In this document: one piece after another, positions 1 through 6,149 of the stretch
Numbering within the stretch: position 1 is the first letter of the stretch
Layout: every line of letters starts with the position of its first letter
Assembly: GCF_006345805.1 (NCBI RefSeq)
Contig: NW_021828972.1
Location: 1 to 7,076, forward strand
Origin: Octopus sinensis
Taxonomy: Eukaryota
Reading direction: 5' to 3'
DNA: 7,076 bases
Notes under the pieces: generated by a model
The model's database searches: none
What the model was told of the DNA's origin: nothing
What the model saw: the letters and a program-made list of their open reading frames with translations, nothing else
Made by a program: the position numbers and the translations under genes

Positions 1-137
1 TGTGTTTGTATCATCCAATCGTTGACTCAGAAGAATGTTCTTTATTGAACCGAACAGGGAGATTCAAAGGGTACCAGATCCGGATAGGGAAACCACTGAT
101 CAGCGTAATTTGCCGATTTCTCGTCAAAGATGTGAGT

Positions 138-393
138 CAATGGTTCTCAACCAGGGTCCACATGACCCTTAGGGGTCCAGTGTAAGTGTTTGTTGTTAAA
201 CTTTATGTACAATGTAATGCATGTACTTCTACAACGCAAGATATTTTAAGAATTTTTTTGTACAATTCCTAATATTTAATCATGAAAATATAATGAGATA
301 TTTTTAAACATCAAATGGGAATAGGGGTCCAGCTGATTAAAATGGGAATCAAAGGGGTTCATTGGTAAAAAAAAGTGGGGTTGAGAAACATTG
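138..393. mobile_element. Non-autonomous hAT-type (Charlie/Buster-like) DNA transposon / MITE, 256 bp
   Basis: 15-bp TIRs: CAATGGTTCTCAACC (138-152) and GGTTGAGAAACATTG (379-393; reverse complement CAATGTTTCTCAACC, 14/15 match), close to the CAGTGGTTCTCAACC-type TIR of hAT-Charlie elements. Flanking 8-mers ATGTGAGT (130-137) and ATGTATGT (394-401) match 6/8, consistent with a decayed 8-bp TSD. Subterminal AGGGGTCCAG at 171-180 and 323-332. AT-rich interior with no transposase ORF. Confidence 0.8.
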
Positions 394-493
394 ATGTATG
401 TGGTCGTTTATTGCCACAGTAAATGTAAATCGTTTACATAATTTTACTGGGTCTCTTCTTCCCAAAGACTTCCCTAAGCTTTTTGAGTATCTT

Positions 494-861
494 GAAATAC
501 CTATTTCTTTACTACCCACAAGGGGCTACACACAGAGGGGACAAACAAGGACAGACAAACGGATTAAGTCGATTATATCGACCCCAGTGCGTAACTGGTA
601 CTTATTTAATCGACCCCGAAAGGATGAAAGGCAAAGTCGACCTCGGCAGAATTTGAACTCAGAACGTAGCGGCAGACGAAATACCTATTTCTTTACTACC
701 CACAAGGGGCTAAACACTGAGGGGACAAACAAGGACAGACAAACGGATTAAGTCGATTACATCGACCCCAGTGCGTAACTGGTACTTATTTAATCGACCC
801 CGAAAGGATGAAAGGCAAAGTCGACCTCGGCGGAATTTGAACTCAGAACATAACGGCAGAC
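494..861. repeat. 184-bp tandem repeat, 2 units (494-677, 678-861)
   Basis: Both units start GAAATACCTATTTCTTTACTACCCACAAGGGG. Manual comparison gives 6 substitutions and no indels over 184 bp (~97% identity). Confidence 0.95.
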
Positions 862-906
862 TAAATACTGCTAAGCATTTTGCCAGGCGCGCTAACGAGT
901 CTGCTA
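832..906 (-). promoter_or_regulatory. Putative Pol III type-2 internal promoter (A box + B box) of the F1 SINE
   Basis: Imperfect A-box-like TAGCAGACTCGT (895-906) and B-box-like GAGTTCAAATTCC (832-844) on the minus strand, at tRNA-like spacing. Activity is unknown. Confidence 0.55.
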
Positions 907-1881
907 GCTCGCCGCCTTCAAAATACCACTTGCTGATCATAGTGCAACCACATTCCACAGAATCTAGAAGAATGATGTTCCTTATCGAAAAACAATCACC
1001 ATGACTTTACGCAACGATCGCTGAATCATGAACCTCTTAAGCTTTGTTTAACCGGTGAATATTACAGGTAAACTATATTTGCTTACCTAAAACAAAGCAC
1101 ATATTTGCATGTAGTATCTACATCAAACCACCCAAGAATCTGGACTTGAATTTCATTCATAATTATCTGTCAGCATGGTTAACAAGATAGATAAGCGTCG
1201 TTGTCAAAATAATAAGCTATATCCATTCGCTAATTTACGTGAATTCGGGTTCCTACTTTATCGTGGTACAGGGAAATGTGTTTTGGTTGTTTTAAAAGTC
1301 TATGTTTAAAATATAAATCCATATTTACTCATGTCGACGAAAAAATACCGCGTCACAAGGAATCCATACATGATATATGAAAGTTCAAGGCATTAGCAAT
1401 TTTACTATTGCACTATCAAAACCAAATTTCAGCAATAAGTACAATCCGTTTAAAAATTAATGTGGCATCGGAAATGGTGAGAAGTAGGTCATCCCCAAAA
1501 CAACAAACATCTCAAATAGAAAATCAGATTGAGCCTCTATATGTCGTCATAAGAACAAATATAGCTTCGAAAATCTCGAAGCTATTAAGCCAGACTGGAC
1601 ATAAATAACCGTGTAAGTTCGAGGTCTGTAGAATACCATCTCGTACGCAGGACAAACCAGAAGGAAAACCCCCAAGCCAATAGTGTTGTAAACCCATCGA
1701 AGACCAACCTAAAGGGTTGTCTAAGTAGAAAAGCATGAAACTCAAATTAACGGAATATTGGAAGATGGTTCTATGACTAATGGTTTAACAATTTTCTGCT
1801 TTAAATTTATTGAATTTTCTTTATTTCTTTGTTCATATAATTACATGTACGAAATAACACTTGCTAACTTACTAGTGCCTC

Positions 1882-1996
1882 TGTATGTATGTGTGTGTGT
1901 GTGTGTGTGCGTGAGTATGTATATGCATGTATGTATGTATGTATGTATGTATATATATAATGTATGTATGTATATATATATATGCTTATATATATA
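1882..1996. repeat. Compound microsatellite (TG)n/(TATG)n/(TA)n
   Basis: Directly visible alternating purine-pyrimidine repeats. Confidence 0.95.
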
Positions 1997-2015
1997 CCCA
2001 CTGATACATTCATAT

Positions 2016-2344
2016 GTGAGGGCGCGTGGCTTAGTGGTTAGGGCATTCGGCTCATGATCGTAAGGTTGTGAGTTCGATTCCCGGCGACGCGTTGTGTCCT
2101 TGAGCAAGACACTTTATTTCACGTTGCTCCAGTCCACTCAGCTGGCAAAAATGAGTTGTACTTGTATTTCAAAGGGTCAGCCTTGTCACTCTCTGTGTCA
2201 CGCTGATTTTCCCCGAGAACTACGTTAAGGGTACACGTGTCTCTGTTGATGCTCAGCCATTTGCACGTTAATTTTCACGAGCAAGCTGTTCGTTGATCGT
2301 ATCAGCTGGGACCCTCGTCGTCGTAACCGGCGGAGTCTTTTTTT
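2016..2344 (+). mobile_element. Full-length tRNA-derived CORE-like SINE (family F2) with a perfect 12-bp TSD
   Basis: A box TGGCTTAGTGG (2027-2037) and B box GAGTTCGATTCC (2070-2081). Central GTTGTGTCCTTGAGCAAGACACTT...CAGCTGGCAAAAATGAGT (2091-2156) resembles the MIR/CORE domain (GTGACCTTGGGCAAGTCACTT...CTGTAAAATGGG). Ends in T7 (2338-2344). Exact direct repeat ATACATTCATAT at 2004-2015 and 2345-2356. Confidence 0.9.
2027..2081 (+). promoter_or_regulatory. Pol III internal promoter (A and B boxes) of the F2 SINE
   Basis: TGGCTTAGTGG matches the TRGCNNAGYGG consensus exactly; GAGTTCGATTCC closely matches the GGTTCGANTCC consensus. Confidence 0.7.
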
Positions 2345-2351
2345 ATACATT

Positions 2352-2398
2352 CATATATATATATATATATACAATACACTCACACACACATACATACA
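2352..2398. repeat. (AT)n/(CA)n/(CATA)n microsatellite
   Basis: Visible repeats starting within the right TSD and continuing downstream. Confidence 0.9.
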
Positions 2399-2504
2399 TT
2401 GCTATTACTCTACCCCTCATATTGAGTACATTTCTTTCACGCTTGTATGCACTAATTTGCATTCACGCGTTTAATTTATAGATCTAAATTCAAACACAAA
2501 TGCG

Positions 2505-2537
<33 letters not shown>

Positions 2538-2698
2538 GTATATATATATATACATATGTACATATATGCATATATATATGTATATATATATATACACATA
2601 ACGACATACATACATGTTTGTATAAACATACATATATATATACATATGTGTGTGTTTGTGTGTCAATGTGTGTAATGTGTACGTATTTGTGTGTGTTT
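2505..2698. repeat. Compound (TA)n/(TACA)n/(TG)n microsatellite field
   Basis: Pure (TA)14 at 2505-2532, then degenerate TA/TG repeats. Confidence 0.95.
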
Positions 2699-2793
2699 CT
2701 GAATGCAAGTATATATTCCTTTACGTTTGTATGTAGATCTAGCTCCCAGTCTGTCTAACTATATGTCTATTTATGTATCTGCTACAATGTCAA

Positions 2794-2834
<41 letters not shown>

Positions 2835-2878
2835 ATCTATCTATCTATCTATTCATCAATCTATTCATCTATCTCTCT
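2794..2878. repeat. (CT)n and (CTAT)n microsatellite
   Basis: (CT)13 at 2805-2830; (CTAT)5 at 2833-2852. Confidence 0.95.
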
Positions 2879-2940
2879 GTAAACTTGTGTGTTTGTATGT
2901 ATATGTATCTAACCACTTTTCCATCTATCTGTTTCTATTT

Positions 2941-2965
2941 ACACACAAACACACACAGATACATA

Positions 2966-3005
<40 letters not shown>

Positions 3006-3019
3006 ACACACCACACACC
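2941..3019. repeat. (AC)n microsatellite
   Basis: (AC)16 at 2973-3004 with degenerate flanks. Confidence 0.95.
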
Positions 3020-3301
3020 AGTTTTCGTGCAATGTCGTCTGACGTCATGTGAAAATTTTCAAATGTCGTATGCCATTATTCTTCACTTTATTATTAATTC
3101 AAAACATCTTGCTGCTGTTTCTTTGTCAGTTTTCGTTATCTTCATCCACATATTTTCTTCATCATCACCACCACCGTCTTCTGCTACACACTTCTTCTTT
3201 ATTTTTCATTACTGTTTCTTTCAATTTCTTTCAATTTTTTCTGCATCGTTCTCTTCGTTTTCTTCGTCAAACACAATAAATCTTCATATTCATCTGTACG
3301 T

Positions 3302-3492
3302 AAATATCTACACATACACACATATATGTATATGTGTATATATATATAACGTATGAATATGTATGCACATACATGTATCTATATACATATATGTATATCT
3401 TTGTGCATATATGTGTGTGTGTATGTGTGCGTGAGTGTGTATGTGTATGTGTGCGTGAGTGTGTGGGTATGTGTGCGTGCATATGTGTGGGT
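3302..3492. repeat. Degenerate (TA)/(TG)/(TATG) purine-pyrimidine alternating field
   Basis: Directly visible; accounts for several YIYI/CVCV-type spurious ORFs. Confidence 0.9.
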
Positions 3493-3498
3493 ATGTTG

Positions 3499-3900
3499 AA
3501 GCGCAGACGTAGCGCATTTTGTAAGCAAGGGGTTTTAAGCCACTGTCTTCTACTATAGCCCCAGGCAGACCAATGACTTCCAAGGGAATTTGCTAGATGG
3601 AAACTGTGTGAAGCCCGGTGTACACACACCTGTAAACTGTGTGAACCCCGTTGTAACACACGTGTAAAGTGTGTGAAGCCCGTTGTATATACATGTGTAT
3701 AGTGCTTGTGTGTCTGTGTTTATCACCTCCCCCACACCGCTTGACAACCGGTATTGCTATGGTTATGTCCCCGTAATCTAGCGATTTGGCGAAAGGAACC
3801 GATAGAATAAATACCAGACAGTGAAAATCGCAGATCTGGGGTCGGTCTGTTCCACTAAAACCCTTCAGTCGAATGACTGAAAAAAATAAAAGATAAATAA
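3499..3900 (+). mobile_element. Diverged F3 SINE relative (copy C) with an eroded or deleted tRNA head
   Basis: From 3544, TGTCTTCTACTATAGCC...GATGGAAACTG..GAAGCCCG...GCTTGACAACC...CCGATAGAATAA...CTGGGGTCG...CAGTCGAATGACTGAAA is collinear with copies A and B. AAGCGCAG..GTAGC..GTAAG at 3499-3525 may be a head remnant (5' boundary uncertain). No B box found. Confidence 0.75.
3601..3698 (+). repeat. ~33-bp minisatellite, 3 units, inside SINE copy C
   Basis: AAACTGTGTGAAGCCCGGTGTACACACACCTGT (3601-3633), AAACTGTGTGAACCCCGTTGTAACACACGTGT (3634-3665), AAAGTGTGTGAAGCCCGTTGTATATACATGTGT (3666-3698). Confidence 0.9.
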
Positions 3901-4047
3901 TGTATATTTTTTCCATTTGTTTCTTCATTGTTTTCTCATTTACATTTCTACTTAACATAGTTTTTTTTTACATTTGTCTTCTGTCTTCATTCGTTCATTA
4001 ACTTTTTCTTAATTTTTTTTTTTTTTTTGCCTTAGTTTGTGAAGATT

Positions 4048-4285
4048 CGTGGCTTAGTGGTTACGGTATTGCATTCCTCATCGTAAGATTACGGTTTCGA
4101 TTCTTGGGCCGGGTAATGCGTTGTGTTCTTGAGCAAATCCTATTACTGCAGTTCACTCGACAGGTAAAAATGAGTAATCCGGCGACGGACCGACATCGCG
4201 TCCAGGTGAGAGAGATGCATTCGCCACAGAATCCGGGAAAGGGGCCTTATGAGCCAATGACTTGGGAAGGACCATTGATTGATTG
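4048..4285 (+). mobile_element. Diverged tRNA-derived CORE-like SINE (F2-type head, different 3' tail)
   Basis: CGTGGCTTAGTGGTTA (4048-4063) is identical to 2025-2040. B-box-like GGTTTCGATTC at 4093-4103. GCGTTGTGTTCTTGAGCAA...AAAAATGAGT to 4175. Ends in (ATTG)3 at 4274-4285. No clear TSD. Confidence 0.75.
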
Positions 4286-4303
4286 AATTTTTCTTTATTC
4301 CTT

Positions 4304-4714
4304 ATACTCTTTACTCTTTTACTTGTTTCAGTCATTTGACTGCGGCCATGCTGGAGCACCGCCTTTAATCGAGCAACTCGACCCCGGGACTTATTCTTTT
4401 GTAAGCCCAGTACTTATTCTATCGGTCTCTTTTGCCGAACCGCTAAGTAATGGTGACATAAACACACCAGCATCGGTTGTCAAGCAATGCAAGGGGACAA
4501 ACACAGACACACAAACACACACACGCATATATATATACACATATATACGACGGGCTTCTTTCAGTTTCCGTCTACCAAATCCATTCACAAGGCTTTGGTC
4601 GGCCCGGCGCTAGAGTAGAAGACACTTGCCCAAGGTGCCACGCAGTGGGACTGAACCCGGGACCATGTGGCTGGTAAGCAAGCTACTTACCACACAGCCA
4701 CTCCTGCGCTTATA
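4304..4714 (-). mobile_element. tRNA-derived SINE family F3, copy A, with internal (TA)/(TG) microsatellite
   Basis: Minus strand reads TATAAGCGCAGGAGTGGCTGTGTGGTAAG. A-box-like at 4690-4700; B-box-like GGTTCAGTCC at 4648-4657; CORE-like CACCTTGGGCAAGTGTCTT; tail GAAACAAGTAAAAGAGTAAAGAGT. Reverse complement of 5223-5655. Confidence 0.9.
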
Positions 4715-5222
4715 TATATTTTTTTCTTTAGTTCTTTTTGTTTTCTTTTCTTTCCTTTTCAGTCCTTCTCCAAATTTTCTTCATCCTTTTCTATTACTTC
4801 ATATTCCTCTCATTACCTTTTTTTTCTTACTATTCTCCGTTTCACATTTACTTTTGCCAATTTTCTCATCAACATACCTTCCTCTCGACATCTGTTCAAT
4901 GTTTCTGCTCCGCCCCCACCCCCACCCCATGTAAACCCTTTGCTATTTACTCTTCCACCTACCATGTTTTTTTTTTTCTCACAGTCAACTTACAGATGTT
5001 TCAGCTGAACCTCAGCCCACTTAGTTTGGCCATTCTCGAGAGTAGGCGCCTGAGAACCTCATGGGCACAATTCACTTTCCTCTGGCTAAAGCCGTTACAA
5101 AAAATCCCTTCAATTTTTTTTATATTTATTTGTTTTCTACCGCTTAATACATTGGGTGTCAAGGGAAAATGTGTAAATCGGTCCCGTGTGTTACATGTGT
5201 TTTTTTTTTCAGATTCATATAG

Positions 5223-5397
5223 TATAAGCGTAGGAGTGGCTGTGTAGTAAGTAGCTTGCTTACCAGCCACATGGTTCCGGGTTCAGTCCCACTGCGTAGC
5301 AACTTGCGCAAGTGACTTCTACTATAGCCTCGGGCCGACCAAAGCCTTGTGAGTGGATTTGGTAGACGGAAACTGAAAGAAGCCCGTCGTATATATG

Positions 5398-5443
<46 letters not shown>

Positions 5444-5655
5444 TTATGTGTCTGTGTTTGTCGCCCTCAACATCGCTTGACAACCAATGCTGGTGTGTTT
5501 ACGTCCCATAACTTTGCGGTTCGGCAAAAGAGTCCGATAAAATAAGTACTAGGCTTACAAAGAATAAGTCCTGGGGTCGATTTGCTCGACTAAAGGCGGT
5601 GCTCCAGCCTGGCCGCAGTCAAATGACTGAAACAAGTGAAAGGGTAAAAGAGTAT
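5223..5655 (+). mobile_element. tRNA-derived SINE family F3, copy B
   Basis: A-box-like TGGCTGTGTAG (5237-5247); B-box-like GGTTCAGTCC (5280-5289); internal (TA)13(TG)7 at 5403-5442; tail GAAACAAGTGAAAGGGTAAAAGAGT. About 90% identical to the reverse complement of copy A outside the microsatellite (manual estimate). Confidence 0.9.
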
Positions 5656-5935
5656 TTCAGTTGTATACAATAGCTGTGTACTTCATTTTTTGTTGAGAAA
5701 ACATGTATGCAATATACGTATACGCAGCACACTTGTAAAGTGTTAATCATGGGAGAAAGGCAGCGCTCTTGACCCTTTAAGTCTTAAGGAGTCAAAGACT
5801 GGCGAGAGAAATGGTAGAGTGTATACCTACACCGCACTTCTAGCCAAAATGTTTCCAGTAGTTAACCACCCAAAAGGTACCTTACGATCAGATGAATGTG
5901 TTAAACTAGGCGACATATTGTCTGCCATCTAAGGT

Positions 5936-6141
5936 CCCAAAAGGAAAAGAGGCAACTCAAGTGTCACAAAGCTTCTTATCCAATGCTGAACTGATTCCGC
6001 CAGTCTATCCTACTTACTGTAGAGGAGCAAAATGGATGAAAGGCAAAGTTAATTCTGTGTGATTTGACCCACAAAAGGCAGGAAACCATAAGTATCTCAA
6101 CGAATTTTATCTTTGGCTGAGACAAATCTACCAATCCGACG
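5936..6141 (-). mobile_element. Highly decayed F1-like SINE fragments (probably two)
   Basis: GGATGAAAGGCAAAGT (6034-6049) is an exact 16-mer match to the F1 units, followed by weak B-box and head similarity to ~6141. CCCAAAAGGAAAAGAGGCAA (5936-5955) matches F1 CCCGAAAGGATGAAAGGCAA at 16/20. GATTCCGCCAG (5993-6003) resembles the reverse-complemented A-box region. Confidence 0.4.
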
Positions 6142-6149
6142 TTATTTGA

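Larger units (their letters stand above)
494..916 (-). mobile_element. tRNA-derived SINE family F1: one headed copy followed by a second, A-box-less unit in tandem
   Basis: Minus strand starts GGCGGCGAGCTAGCAGACTCGTTAGC (5' end ~916). A-box-like TAGCAGACTCGT at 895-906; B-box-like GAGTTCAAATTCC at 832-844, repeated at 648-660. Body contains GCCTTTCATCCTTTCGGGGTCGATTAAATAAGTACCAG. Resembles an abundant octopus SINE (recall only). Confidence 0.85.

Noticed and set aside
423-439. Small hairpin ATGTAAA-TCG-TTTACAT, and palindrome TTGTATACAA at 5661-5670
   Set aside because: Short, AT-rich and within chance expectation.
494-861. Tandem repeat considered as a CRISPR array
   Set aside because: Two contiguous 184-bp units with no unique spacers, no cas genes, and a eukaryotic SINE context.
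29-989. Similar motif AGAAGAATG(ATG)TTCYTTATYGAA at 29-49 and 966-989 bracketing the MITE and SINE block
   Set aside because: Only ~21 aligned bases with a 3-nt indel and 2 mismatches; similarity does not extend, so chance or a very old duplication cannot be distinguished.
398-1004. ORFs 398-751, 771-1004 and 710-958, with the peptide RNWYLFNRPRKDERQSRPR occurring twice
   Set aside because: They are translations of the SINE tandem. The 184-bp period is not a multiple of 3, so the peptide recurs in different frames; no protein family was recognised.
1408-1745. ORFs 1408-1608 (+) and 1524-1745 (-) in unique sequence
   Set aside because: Short, with no recognisable domain or clear splice boundaries; the first has a non-ATG start. 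A blastx search would be needed to exclude a small exon or LINE relic.
2016-2090. tRNA genes at the A/B-box sites (also 4048, 4650-4700, 5237, 832-906)
   Set aside because: I could not build a full cloverleaf with an acceptor stem, and each head continues into a SINE body and tail.
1103-2462. Octamer ATTTGCAT at 1103-1110 and 2455-2462
   Set aside because: Expected by chance in AT-rich DNA, with no snRNA-type promoter context.
1758-3958. Many ORFs rich in YI/CV/HT/LS repeats
   Set aside because: Translations of TA, TG, CA and CT microsatellites and SINE bodies.
4286-4730. Possible TSDs for F3 copies A and B (TTTTTCTTTA-like and TTTCAG-like flanks)
   Set aside because: Low-complexity matches that do not directly abut the element ends.
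4104-5270. ORFs including the 169-aa ORF 4738-5247 and the two MAGKQATY ORFs
   Set aside because: Derived from SINE arms and T-rich low-complexity spacer; the F/L/S-rich composition is a base-composition artefact.
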